A stretch of 64,000 nucleotides of DNA from Eledone cirrhosa (Eukaryota), in assembly GCA_964016885.1 (NCBI GenBank), contig OZ024749.1:33170001-33234000 (forward strand), given 5' to 3'. Positions 12,342-26,260 of this stretch are shown here, piece by piece. Numbering within the stretch: position 1 is the stretch's first letter; the number at the start of each line of letters is the position of its first letter. The notes under the pieces are model-generated. The model did not search any database. It saw nothing but the letters and a program-made list of their open reading frames with translations, and had not been told where the DNA came from. A program made the translations under genes and the position numbers.

Positions 12342-12534
12342 ACCCTTACTCTATATATATATATACTATTGTATATATATATATAAAGGCTTTATTTTAC
12401 ATTAATGTCGAATCTATAAGATTTTGATTTTATTTATTTTGAGAACAATACCTTAACATCAATATGAGCAATCAGTTTGAAGAGAAGCGGGTGTGAGAAT
12501 TCTGGCCAGATACGGCCGGTTTAAATGCTAAAGG
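12342..12534. mobile_element. piggyBac-type MITE (TTAA-flanked, CCC...GGG termini)
   Basis: TTAA|CCCTT...AAATGCTAAAGGG|TTAA. Same family at about 21987-22205, 25019-25205, 32656-32830, 49187-49355, 55955-56125, 56256-56400. Confidence 0.75.
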
Positions 12535-12651
12535 GTTAAACTAACTTCAATTCCTTGTTAGGAATCATTTGACATTCATTCATAAATGTATATTTTGAGG
12601 AAAGGCACAGCTATTATAATAAAAATGTTTATGCTGAAAATAAAGCTACTT

Positions 12652-13150
12652 TATATACTTGAATATAAGTCGACCTCCTATTATGTCTGAGAAAGCTTCA
12701 TGTATAAGTCAAGGCAGCTAATTAACAAATTATGGTACTGTTTTGAAATTCTCATGAGCAGTGAATATATTTATGAAGCTTTAATATTTTGATATTGAAA
12801 ATGTTTTAAGTATTGTTTAGAGTACATTTTTTGTTTCATAATTCTGTTACGTAATGATTGTTTACCAATTTCTGGCCATTTTGAAAACCATATTCATTCA
12901 AGGAATGAATATGGTTTTCAAATAGGAAAAAAACTAATTTCACCTTTAAAGTGAAACCGGTGTAATATTCGCTTCCAAAGTAAAACCAGAGTACTATTCA
13001 CCTCCAAAGCAAAAATATTTTAGCACCTCACTTATGTAGAATTTAAAGTTGGTGAAAATATTGACCTCGAATATAAGCCAACACCCTATTTTACCAATTG
13101 ATTTTTTTTAGTCACATGTTTTTCGTCTTATAAACGAGGATATATGGTAT
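12652..13150. mobile_element. Degenerate Tigger/pogo-like MITE with an internal perfect hairpin
   Basis: Termini resemble TATACTCGAGTATAAGYCGA...TTATAYWCGAG(T)ATATAYGGTA, with repeated TATAAGTCG boxes. Confidence 0.5.
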
Positions 13151-13964
13151 ATATTTTGAGGAAAAACGTATCTGCACGCTTAAGAAGTTCACTTTGAAAT
13201 TACATGGTGAAGTCTGTGCTTTGCTGAGGGGGTTTAATAAAACAAAACATGTTCAATGTTGCCTCCCTTACTTGCCAGAATAATTAAACTTATATTTGTC
13301 ATCAACTAATGTTCTCCTTTTTGCCCTAAATTGTTATTTCTAATTAGCTTTTTAATGGTCACTGTATTTAATATGTTCACAAACATAAATAATTTTCATT
13401 ATTCATGCTTTTGATAAGAACTTGCTTAAAACTAGCTCTGGTTCTATAAAACAGACCAACTCATTTTAAAAGCCCAGTTTTCTGTGGTCTCAGCCCTGAA
13501 CTTTTTCTCTCTCAGCTTGACCTTACTATGGGAACTTTCTATGAGCAACACACGCACACACACACGTCTCAAGGTGTTTGTTATTCTTTCTTCATTTGGA
13601 TATGAATTGGCAGAGTTTTTCTTAAACCAAATACCAAGTGGTATTTGTTTGAACTCTATTGGGCATTCGGAAATCAAATCCCACCACAGTCAACTTTAAC
13701 TTTCATCCTTTATGGGATCAATAGAATGAAGTATTGGTCTGGGGCAGTAGATTAGTAGAATTGTTAAAGTGCCAGTTAAGATACTTTGCAGTATATATTG
13801 CAATTCTTTGCATTCTGAGTTGAAATCTTGTCATGTCCTATCAGGTTTAACACCTAGCTCTTAGGAACCTTTAACTAAATCTACTCTGTTGCAAGAATTT
13901 TAGGTCAGGTCTTTAATTTGAAGATATCTTTCTCTCTTTCCTTCACCAGTCTCAGAGGTACACT

Positions 13965-16900
13965 GTTACATCACCTCTTAGCTGCCTACATGTGTTGTCT
14001 CTATACAGTCACACCACCTCTTAGCTGCCTACATGTGCTGTCTGTATACAGTCACACCACCTCATAGCTGCCTACATGTGCTGTCTCTATACAGTCACAT
14101 CACCTCTTAGCTGCCTACATGTGCTGTCTGTATACAGTCACACCACCTCTTAGCTGTCTACATGTGTTGTCTCTATAGTCACACCACCTCTTAGCTGTCT
14201 ACATGTGTTGTCTACCTCTTAGCTGCCTACATGTGTTGTCTCTATACAGTTACACCACCTCTTAGCTGCCTACATGTATTGTCTCTATACAGTTACACCA
14301 CCTCTTAGCTGCCTACATGTGTTGTCTCTCTACAGTCACACCACCTCTTAGCTGTCTACATGTGCTGTCGCTATACAGTCACACCACCTCTTAGCTGTCT
14401 ACATGTGCTGTCTCTATAGTCACACCACCTCTTAGCTGTCTACATGTGCTGTCTCTATACAATCACACCACCTCTTAGCTGTCTACATGTGTTGTCTCTA
14501 TACAGTCACACCACCTCTTAGCTGTCTACATGTGCTGTCTCTATACAGTCACACCACTTCTTAGCTGTCTACATGTGTTGTCTCTATACAGTCACACCAC
14601 CTCTTAGCTGTCTACATGTGCTGTCTCTATACAGTCACACCACCTCTTAGCTGTCTACATGTGTTGTCTCTATACAGTCACACCACCTCTTAGCTGTCTA
14701 CATGTGCTGTCTCTATACAGTCACATCACCTCTTAGCTGCCTACATGTGCTGTCTGTATACAGTCACACCACCTCTTAGCTGTCTACATGTGTTGTCTCT
14801 ATACAGTCACACCACCTCTTAGCTGCCTACATGTGTTGTCTCTATACAGTCACACCAATAGCTGTCTATATGTGCTGTCTCTATACAGTCACACCACCTC
14901 TTAGCTGTCTACATGTGCTGTCTCTATACAGTCACACCACCTCTTAGCTGTCTACATGTGCTGTCTCTATACAGTCACACCACTTCTTAGCTGTCTACAT
15001 GTGTTGTCTCTATACAGTCACACCACCTCTTAGCTGTCTACATGTGCTGTCTCTATACAGTCACACCACCTCTTAGCTGTCTACATGTGTTGTCTCTATA
15101 CAGTCACACCACCTCTTAGCTGTCTACATGTGCTGTCTCTATACAGTCACATCACCTCTTAGCTGCCTACATGTGCTGTCTGTATACAGTCACACCACCT
15201 CTTAGCTGTCTACATGTGTTGTCTCTATACAGTCACACCACCTCTTAGCTGCCTACATGTGTTGTCTCTATACAGTCACACCAATAGCTGTCTATATGTG
15301 CTGTCTCTATACAGTCACACCACCTCTTAGCTGTCTACATGTGCTGTCTCTATACAGTCACACCACCTCTTAGCTGTCTACATGTGCTGTCTCTATACAG
15401 TCACACCACCTCTTAGCTGTCTACATGTGCTGTCTCTATACAGTCACACCACCTCTTAGCTGTCTACATGTGTTGTCTCTATACAGTCACACCACCTCTT
15501 AGCTGTCTACATGTGTTGTCTCTATACAGTCACACCACCTCTTAGCTGTCTACATGTGCTGTCTCTATACAGTCACACCACCTCTTAGCTGCCTACATGT
15601 GCTGTCTCTATACAGTCACATCACCTCTTAGCTGTCTACATGTGTTGTCTCTATACAGTCACACCAATAGCTGTCTACATGTGCTGTCTCTATACAGTCA
15701 CACCACCTCTTAGCTGTCTACATGTGTTGTCTCTATACAGTCACACCAATAGCTGTCTACATGTGCTGTCTCTCTACAGTCACACCACCTCTTAGCTGTC
15801 TACATGTGCTGTCTCTATACAGTCACATCACCTCTTAGCTGCCTACATGTGCTGTCTCTATACAGTCACACCACCTCTTAGCTGCCTACATGTGCTGTCT
15901 CTATACAGTCACATCACCTCTTAGCTGTCTACATGTGCTGTCTCTATACAGTCACACCACCTCTTAGCTGTCTACATGTATTGTCTCTATACAGTTACAC
16001 CACCTCTTAGCTGTCTACATGTGGTGTCTCTATACAGTCACACCACCTCTTAGCTGCCTACATGTGCTGTCTCTATACAGTCACATCACCTCTTAGCTGT
16101 CTACATGTGTTGTCTCTATACAGTCACACCACCTCTTAGCTGTCTACATGTGCTGTCTCTATACAGTCACACCACCTCTTAGCTGTCTACATGTGCTGTC
16201 TCTATACAGTCACACCACCTCTTAGCTGTCTACATGTGTTGTCTCTATACAGTCACACCACCTCTTAGCTGTCTACATGTGTTGTCTCTATACAGTCACA
16301 CCACCTCATAGCTGTCTACATGTGCTGTCTCTATACAGTCACACCACCTCTTAGCTGTCTACATGTGCTGTCTCTATACAGTCACATCACCTCTTAGCTG
16401 CCTACATGTGCTGTCTCTATACAGTCACATCACCTCTTAGCTGCCTACATGTGCTGTCTGTATACAGTCACACCACCTCTTAGCTGTCTACATGTGCTGT
16501 CTCTATACAGTCACATCACCTCTTAGCTGCCTACATGTGCTGTCTCTATACAGTCACACCACCTCATAGCTGTCTACATGTGTTGTCTCTATACAGTCAC
16601 ACCACCTCTTAGCTGTCTACATGTGCTGTCTGTATACAGTCACACCACCTCTTAGCTGCCTACATGTGCTGTCTCTATACAGTCACACCACCTCATAGCT
16701 GTCTACATGTGCTGTCTCTATACAGTCACACCAATAGCTGTCTCTATACAGTCACACCAATAGCTGTCTACATGTGCTGTCTCTATACAGTCACATCACC
16801 TCTTAGCTGCCTACATGTGCTGTCTCTATACAGTCACACCACCTCATAGCTGTCTACATGTGTTGTCTCTATACAGTCACACCACCTCTTAGCTGTCTAC

Positions 16901-17052
16901 ATGTGCTGTCTGTATACAGTCACACCACCTCTTAGCTGCCTACATGTGCTGTCTCTATACAGTCACACCACCTCATAGCTGTCTACATGTGCTGTCTCTA
17001 TACAGTCACACCAATAGCTGTCTACATGTGCTGTCTCTATACAGTTACATCA
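13965..17052. repeat. 43-bp minisatellite (about 70 copies) in intron C-D
   Basis: Consensus TAGCTGTCTACATGTGCTGTCTCTATACAGTCACACCACCTCT, with 39-bp and 26-bp deletion variants. Confidence 0.97.
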
Positions 17053-17200
17053 TATCAATCTGTGTTGTTTGTTATCCAATCACTTTCTCTCTGTCTTTCA
17101 CACCTTAACTTATTAGCATTATATTACATTACACTGTCTGTCTGATGTAAAGAATCTTTTTAAATTTCTTATATATTTATCTACTTATTTACTCTCTCCC

Positions 17201-17246
<46 letters not shown>

Positions 17247-17259
17247 CATATACACACAT

Positions 17260-17321
<62 letters not shown>

Positions 17322-18384
17322 ATATTTGTGTGCATATGTATATATAAAGAGTCTCTTTTAACCAGATGTGAACCAAAAATTGCATCACCCCCTCTCTACA
17401 GTTCTCTCACTGACACCAACACCCACATAGGTTTTTTTTCTTCTCTCTAATGTGGAATTTCATTTCAGTTTGTTCCCATGGTGCCAATTACTTTGGGATG
17501 CTGAGTGTGTATACGTGTGTGTAGGGGATGGGGGGGGGGGGGGTCATTAGTTTATTAATATTTGGGGGTGTAGTTGTGGGGTATTTAATTACTCCAACTC
17601 TTCAGCTATGATACTAATACCATTTTCATTTTATTGTTTTTTTTTTTGGGGGGGGGGGGTCTTTTTCTCTGAAATTTGATCTGCCCTGCTGTTTTTAAAT
17701 TATTTTCTCATATGTGTGTGTGCCTGTGTCTCTCTCTGCCTGTCTGTCTGTGCCTCTGTCTTTTTGTCTCTGTGGGAGTCTATGTGTGTATTCTTTCAAT
17801 TTTTATATCTATAGTATCTTTTGATATTTAATCTCTTTTTGTTTTGCTTTTAGATTTTTTTTTTTTTTTTTTATATTATCCCTTTCTCCTCACTCTCTGG
17901 AGTAATTTTTTTGTTTTATTCTAAACAGAATCACATTTTTGTCTGTGTTTTAGATAACCTTTATGATGGTGGTGTTGGTAGGGGTTGCAGTAGTGGTGGT
18001 AGTAGTAGTAGTGGTGGTGGTGGTGGTAGTAGTAGTAGTAGTGGTGGTGGTGGTGGTGGTGGTGGTGGTGGTGGTGGTGGTAGTAGTAGTAGTAGTTTTA
18101 GTAGTAGTAGTTGCAGGTGTAACCCCCTTCCCTATTCCAAATGCAATCATTTTGATTAGGAATCTAATCACTTCTCTTCACTTTCCGGTACTGGTGTTCC
18201 CTGATAATGATTAGGGTGATGATAATGAGGATGACAGTGGTGATAATGAGAATTATGATGATGGTCATGGTGATAATGGTGGGGGTGGTCATGGTGATAA
18301 TGGTGATAATGGTGGGGGTGGTCATGGTGATAATGGTGATAATGATACTTTCTTTAGCCTAAGCAATTTCTGTGTAAGATCTCT

Positions 18385-18655
18385 AAAAAGCAAATACTAA
18401 AGTATTTTAGGTCCTTTATGATCCATTAAGAGTAGATACTAAGGTATTCTAGGTCCTGTATGATCCCTTAAGAGTAGATACTAGTGTATTCTAGGTCCTG
18501 CATAATCCCCCAACAGCAGATATCAAGGTATTCTAGGCCATGTGTGATCCCTTAAGAGTGGATACTGAGCTATTCTAGGTCCTGCACGAGCCCTTAAGAG
18601 TAGATACTAAGGGATTCTAGGTCCTGTATGATTCCTTAAGAGTAGATACTGAGGA
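18385..18655. repeat. 42-bp diverged tandem repeat (about 6.5 copies)
   Basis: Unit TAAGAGTAGATACTAAGGTATTCTAGGTCCTGTATGATCCCT; spacing 18427 to 18469. Confidence 0.9.
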
Positions 18656-20158
18656 TCTTTTGTTTTGTAATATGAAGTGAATGATTTTCATGTGATATGG
18701 AACCAATTCAATTTCTTGGCAAATTGGTAAACTTATGTAATAATGTAGAATAATGTCCTATGGGAAAATAACAAAGCTCTAGCAGCATATTTGAAACTCA
18801 TGATCAATTAGCTCTTTAGTTTCTATATATATCTAATGAAAGATAATTTTGAAAGTAATAAAGTATTTGGAAGGCTTTAGTAATTGCAGTGTTAAGCTGG
18901 TGTTTGAAACATGGCTAAATAAAAATAAGAGTGTTGTAGTTTGCTTAATGCATTGTGGAAAGTATAGAAAATAGTGTGTTTTTTTAATAGGACATTAAAT
19001 GGCAAAAATAATGATAACAAAGTTGTTGGAATGTTACTTTGGGGGTGTTTAATTAACCCTTAATATTTCAGGATAAAATCCCTTCATCAAAAGAAAGGTT
19101 AAGGAAACTAAGTTTGAGCAAGATATTTTGTATTGTTGTTATGCTGACATTTTTTAATCTAATAAAGGATTTTTCATAAAATTATGATGGGAGGGTTTTA
19201 GATGCATATAAACATTTAAAATAAACAGTTTAGTATCATATAACCAGGAGCAGTTTCAAGTGGTTTGGTATCAAAAGAGTTAATTTATAGTTGAATTCCC
19301 TACTTTCATCTATAAAGTGGGTAGTGTATGTTTTTAGGTTTGAATGCTCAATCAACATGGTCACAAAAATAATACTGCCAGCCCTTTGAACATTTGCAAC
19401 TTTAGATTAAGTTTTGCTTGTTTGTAGAATTCTTTCCTCTTCCTCTCCCTATTTCTCATTCATTTTTTCATATCAGAGAAATAGAGATAAAAAGAGGTAG
19501 GGATTGATGAGATGATGGGGGAGGAACAGGAAAGAATGTTTGATTTAATCTATCTTATATACTCACTCTGTTCCTATTCTTCTCGCTCTCTCTTTATCTC
19601 TCTCTCATACACACAAACACAGAAAGACATTCATGCCATGTGAGTGAATTTTGTAAATGAAAACTGTTCAGAAGCATGTCGTGTGTGTATGTAAATATAT
19701 ATATATTGAATGTGTGTGAGTCTGTCTTGGCATATATCTTCATGGCAACTTTTGTTTAAAGTCCCACATAAACGATTTATTTATGTTTGAAAAATAAAAA
19801 TATAGCAGTGTTTTTTTTTTTTTGTTTTTTTTTTAAATTTTATTTTACCAATGACCTTTAATCTCAACACTTAATACAATAGAAGGTTCATTTACTACAT
19901 AACAAAATTAGCACGTGGTAAATACTACCTGCATCTATTATACTGTTTTGTTTGCTTATTCAACATCTCCATTCCTGACCTTTTCTTTGGCCTTAACATT
20001 CTTCTCTTACTCTCTTGGTCTTTTACTCTATTGTCTTATATACTGCTGTATATAGCAAAAGATTCATGTTGCTATCACTGTTTTGAAAAGCCAATAGCTT
20101 CAACTAAACTTAAAAGTATCCTCCATTCAGTGCATGCTTAGTGTTTATTACTTTATTA

Positions 20159-20233
<75 letters not shown>

Positions 20234-20346
20234 ATATAGAAAAGGATTTTACAGGACTAGAACGTGTTTCATTCGGTAGAAATCATCATGAATTATATAT
20301 ATAATGTCCTATTAAAAAAACATATATATATAATTCACAATAAAAT

Positions 20347-20670
20347 GGAGGCACATGGCTTAGTGGTTAGAGCATTGGCCTTGTGAGTTCAATTCTCAGA
20401 CCGGGTAGTGTGTTGTTTCCTTGAGCAAGACACTTTATTTCACATTGCTCCAGTTTACTCAGCTGTAGAAATGAGATGATATGACTGGGGTCCATATCAT
20501 TCCACTGCAAATGCAAAGTGGTCGTGGAGGTGCCTCGGCAAAAAAAATCACCCAGCACTCACTGTAAATGAGGTTAGTGTTAGGAAGGGCATCCAGCTGT
20601 AGAAATCAAGCCAGAATCAGTTCCCGTCCCACCCTTGCAAGCAGGGAAAAGCGGACGTAAAATGATAATA
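20347..20670 (+). mobile_element. CORE-type tRNA-derived SINE with RTE-like tail
   Basis: A box TGGCTTAGTGG, B box GAGTTCAATTC, CORE-like TCCTTGAGCAAGACACTT, tail AGGAAGGGCATCCAGC...GGAAAAGCGGACGTAAAATGAT. Near-identical copy at 27648-27990. Confidence 0.8.
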
Positions 20671-20683
20671 ATATATTATATAT

Positions 20684-21626
20684 TGAAATTATTGTGTAAA
20701 GTGCTCAGGTGCACTACAACTCGTCAAAGGTGCATGTATAGTACATAGAATAATACACAAATGTCAGAGAAGTGAATAGTGTATGAGTCATGATATACGT
20801 GTGTATGTGTATGGAGGGGGAACATTAGGTGTAGTGTTGGCGAATCTCGGGAAGCATGGAGGCCTTAAAGGATGCTGTGTCTCGACAGCTAACAACCGAT
20901 GCAGGTAGTTTGTTCCATGCTTCAGCAATTCTGAGCGTGAAAAAATGTTTCCGAAAGTCATGGGAACTGTACTGTTTTCTGACTGTGGGCATGCCCACGT
21001 GTGTTAGACACATGGAAATCAAAAAGGTACTCAGGGTTGTTGTTGTTGGCAAGATGGTTAACAATTTTGTGGGTGTTTACCAAATCAGTTGCCAGGCGTC
21101 GGAGCTTCAATGTATCCATGCCCAGGGAAGCAAGGCGCTCAGAGTATGGTAGATGCCTGATGGAGGGTATTCGCTTGGTTGCACGTCTCTGAACAGTTTC
21201 CAGGCAGTCAATGTTCTGAGCAAGATAGGGGTTCCAGACTGGTGATGCAAATTCTAAGTGTGGCCGCACCATAGCCATGTACAGCCTTAAATAGATAGCT
21301 CAAGAGTGGCTGACAAAGGTCTTGCTGAGTGATGCTAAAACACCCTCGGCCCTCTTGACAATTTTAGAGACGTGCTTCGTCCAACGCAAGTCGCTGCTGA
21401 CCGTAATGGCCAGGTCACGTTCACAAGAAGACTTCTTGATATTAGTGCTGTGGAGGGAGTATGTGGACGCTGGGTTTTTACTCCCAAAATGCATGGTGGT
21501 GCACTTGTCCACAGCTAGCTTGAGTTGCCAGTCTGAGATCCATTGTTGCATTGTGTCCAGGTCAGACTGCAAGCAAGATCTATAGTGTTTAGGATCTGTC
21601 CTTTTTATCTCAAGGTACAGCTTGAT
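20684..21626 (-). mobile_element. 5'-truncated CR1-like LINE (RT C-terminus + 3' UTR)
   Basis: ORFs LQSDLDTMQQWISDWQLKLAVDKC..., MVRPHLEFASPVWNPY...VQRRATK, HFFTLRIAEAWNKLP. Homologous to 36286-37197. Confidence 0.92.
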
Positions 21627-22330
21627 AATGATGATGATGATGATGAATTCATGATGATTTCTCCCAAATGAAACAAGTTCTAGGCATTTGTTACAGTTTT
21701 GTGTGGTTTTGGGGGAAATTTGGCTGTTATTTCTTGCAGTTCAAGCTATACTGTAGAGCCTGTCTGGCAGGAACTGATTTTGTATCAGATGGCAATTTAC
21801 AAGTCCGCTAGAACCTCTGGGGGTACATCTGTACTAAGAAAATAAAATGACTTTGACTTGATAAATTCATAGGTATGTAAATTATATTAAATTTCTGTTG
21901 CAGTCATTTGATACCTTCAACTGGTTTTATTTAGTTACTTTTTTTATTACCATATTTTTAGAGGCTTTGACAGCAAGCTGGTTTAACCCTATAACACTTG
22001 CATTACTCTATATATACTATTGTATTTTCACAGTAAATGCTTTACCTCACATAATTATCTCACATAACATCGAATCTATGATTTTGATATTAGTTACTTT
22101 GAGAACAATACCTTAACATTGGTATGAGTGGCTGGTTGCAGTTGGTTTGAACAGAAAGAGGTGACAGAATTCTGGCCGGATATGGCTGGTTTAAATGCTA
22201 AAGAGTTAACTCTTTTATTATCATCATTGCTAAAGAAAGACAATGCTTATAATTTTCAAATTATTTTCAAGATAATCAAGAATTAGGAAGGATTTAGTAA
22301 TACAACTAACTTCTTTCTGTGATGGACTGG

Positions 22331-22368
<38 letters not shown>

Positions 22369-23801
22369 TGGTCATGTAGATGTCAACTAAAAGCACCCAG
22401 CCCACACTGTAAAGTGGTTGTGTAGGTGTCACAACAAAATGCACCCAGTACTCAATGTAAATGAGGTTGGCATTAGGAAAGGCATCCAGCTGTAGAAACC
22501 AAGCCTGTGTGAACGAGACTTAGCATTGCCCACAACAGGACAACTCTTCTAACCTATGCTTTGCAGCATAGTTATGGCCCTTTACATCCTGAGTTCAAAT
22601 CCCACCAAGGTTACCTTTGCCTTTCATCCTTACGGGGTCGATAAAATAAAGCACCAATAATGCACTGGGGTAATTGCTGGCCTTGTGTCAAAAGTAGAAA
22701 CAATTATGATGAAGGGTTTTTATATAAATATAAATACTCTATAATAAACAGTTTCATTTCAGGGAGTTGGATATTTTTTAAGAAGTATAGATTTAACCCT
22801 TTCATTATCATATTTCTGATGAAAGATATTGCTTGTGATTTTCAAATAATTTTGAAAATAACCAAACATTTGGAGAGATTTAGTAATATAAGAAACTTAC
22901 TTATTGATCTGGAGTTTGGAATGTATTTTAACAAAATTGATGATGAAATTGTGTTTTTTATGTGAATATGCTTCTTCTTCCTCGCCCACTTATTCCTGAG
23001 AGGGTTGTGAGGGCAGAGTCTTCAAACACTATACAAACTTTGAAATATTTAAAATAAACAGCTTTATTTTCTTTAACAACCAGGCACAGTTTTAGGCAGT
23101 TTGGTAATGAAAAAGGTTAAATTTGAAGGAGGAGACTCCACCTCCTGCCACAGAAACTCCCTTATTTGGTTATTTGTTGTTTTGTGTCTGTTGACATGAA
23201 AGGGTACATTACTCTGCACTCTGTCTCTTTGCTGCTTTCTATTTCATGGTTCAGTGCTTAATGGTAGGAAAAGGCATCTGGTTGTAAAAGAGGGTATAAT
23301 ATATATATGTATGTATGTGTGAGTGTATGCATTGCCACAACTACCCACTACCAAAAGGGAAAATGTTCAAATTTGGAAAATGGGACCAGCATATCACCCA
23401 ACCTAACTCTAATAATGTTGTAAACATTGGCATGAAACAATTTAAAAAGATAGCTTTTCTTTTTGGTAATTTGAGAATAAAGTAAGATTCTATGTACATG
23501 TGTGTGTGTGTGGTTAAGTGTTCTTGTTGAAAGCTGATCCACTGCTAGTATGCCTTAATCATCTATATGAACTGTTCTGTGTGTGTGTGTGTCCTAATTT
23601 TTCCCCCGCAATAATGTTTCTATGTGTATATATATGTGCATGTGTGTGTGTGTGTGTGTAAAAGGCAATAGTCATCGGTCATTTTCTCTCTATCTTCCTG
23701 TTAGCTATATGTATATAGATAGATACATATACATATAACTAACAGGGAAATAGAGAGAGTCTGTGTCTAAACCCTAAGAAATATATATATATATATACAC
23801 A

Positions 23802-24000
23802 CACACTGCGTAGTACAACCCCAAAGTACATACTGGAAACAACACATTGAGTGCTCATTTTGGTGAATCAACAGTAACTTATTACAATCCGTATATATAT
23901 ATACACACTGCGTAGTACAACCCCAAAGTACATACTGGAAACAACACATTGAGTGCTCATTTTGGTGAATCAACAGTAACTTATTACAATCCGTATATAT
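23802..24000. repeat. 102-bp exact tandem duplication
   Basis: CACACTGCGTAGTACAACCCC...TTACAATCCGTATATA twice (23806 vs 23908), bounded by TA/CA microsatellite. Confidence 0.9.
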
Positions 24001-25849
24001 ATATATATATATACACACATACATACATACACACACACACACATATATATACATACCCTTATAGTAAAATGAGGGAACATAAGCCTGATTTCAATGCGCA
24101 TGCATACACACACAGAGAATGACAGGTAATGAAAAATTAAGGTAAAATGGTGAAATAGAGGAGGGTATGTGTCTACAGGGAAATTAGATGTAAAGTGAGA
24201 GGGAAATTTGGGTGAAGGAAGCTCTTCTCTGTATGGGAGTGGTGAACGACACACTCACATAATCACAAACACACAAATCTAGTCCAGAGTGTCTTGTTTC
24301 AGTAAGAGAAAACAAGAAGACAGTAAATTAAGATATGTGATGCAATAAATACTGAATATAATTTCTCTCTGTGTGATTGTGGTGTGTGTGTGTGTGTGTA
24401 CATTCCTGTATATGTATAACGTTACATGACTTTTTAAATATTTCTGCTAGCAAGCTTCTTGTTAAGAAGAAAATTTGTTGGTGTCATTGTTGTTGTCGTT
24501 TTTCTTTGTGTAATTCTGTAACCTATTTTCTTGGTTTAAAATGTTAACGACTCCCCCCCCCCCCCCCCCACCCCTCCATATATATATACACACACACACA
24601 CTTCCATTACCATATTTCTGATGAAAGATATTGCCTATGGTTTTCAAGATTTTGGAATATAACTTTCTGATTATTATGCTGGTATTTGGAACATGACTTA
24701 ACAAAGGCTCTTACATGGAAGGTTTTTAAATAAATATAACAGTTTAAACATGTTAGTGTTATAGCATGTTAGTTTCAAGAGTTTTGTCTTTAATTTGTAT
24801 TAAGCTGGTGTATTTCATGGTCATCAACTTTCTAACTCTACTTTAACCCTTTCATCACCCAGTTTCTAATTAATACACTCAATTACAACTGGTTAATGAA
24901 GAATTTAGAGGGATTTACTAAAACTATTATTGATTTAATTACTAAGCTATGTTTAGTAATTAAATAAATTAATATAAAATTATATTCGAAGATTTTAACT
25001 AAAATAGAAACCCTTTAACTCTTTAGCATTTACATTACTCTTTATTTACTATTGTATTTTTATGGTAAAGGCTTTAGCTCACATTATATTGAATCTATGA
25101 GATTTTGATGTTATTTATTTTGAGAACAATACTTTAACATCAGTGTGAGTGGCTGGTTACAACTGGTTTGAACAGAAAGAGGTGATAGAATTCTGGCCAG
25201 TTTAAAATGGATAGCTTTATTTTATAGAACTGAAACCAGTTTGGTATGAAAACGTATTTAAGGTTTGTATGATATCTGAATCAGCGACTTGATGTGTATG
25301 TGTGTCTATCCTGAGCTTGGCTGCATGTGTGTGTGTGTGTGTGTGTGTTTATCTAATTCTTGAAAGATGTTTACTTTGAATACACCAGTACTTTTCATAG
25401 TGTTGTGTTAACTTGGTAAGCTGTTTCTTTCATAAGAAGTAAAACACTTATAGTGCTCCATGTGATGTGTTGAGATGAATACTGTCAAATTACTTCATTT
25501 TCATTCAATGATGGAAGTGTAACAACAGTTTAAGATGCTTTAAACATACACACGCACATCGCAACTAACTAACCAGTTCAGTACTAGTTAATAACAGTTT
25601 ACAGTATTAAGTTTCTGTCTCCCTCCCCTCTCTCTCTCTCTCTCTTACATTGTTATTCACTAATGTCATTGTGTTCAGTTCAACATGTTAACCAACACCA
25701 CTAACCCACTGTCACTTACTTCTACCTCAGAGTACTGAAATCTGTCACCAGTCACTAACACACTGTCAATTCTACCTCAGAGTACTGCCTTTAGTGGAGT
25801 GCTACCTCTCTGTTGCAAACATTCAGACTCTGTATCTGGTTTGAGGATA

Positions 25850-26260
25850 ACTTTCTCTCTCCCTCCCACCAGTCTCAGTGGTCCCAAAAAGGGGTCCTGG
25901 TTGCCACCCTTTTCTCTTTTTGACAAGTGTTTTAAGGCCATATTCCTTGCTAAAGTTTCTCCATTTTACCCTAACATCTCCATCCCTCCTCACCACCAAT
26001 CTCCTGGCTTCCATTTCCTCTTCCATCATCTTTGACTGTCTTTCTTGGTCTTCCCCTTTCTCTACTTCCTTCCACATTCATTTCTATCACTTTCATCCTT
26101 CTGAAAAACAACCCAACCATTTTTCTGTATTTCTCTTCAGTACATTCATCACTGGTTCTGTTTCCATCATCCACTGGACCAATCCCATTTTGTTTCTTTC
26201 CGACCTTCTCTGCTGTTTCATATTCATTCATCACCCATGTCTCACTTCTCTGATTAAACA
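25850..26260 (-). mobile_element. Degenerate RTE-clade LINE 3' fragment
   Basis: ...KVIEMNVEGSRERGRPRKT..., the typical RTE C-terminal G.R.RGRPRK.W motif. Confidence 0.65.
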
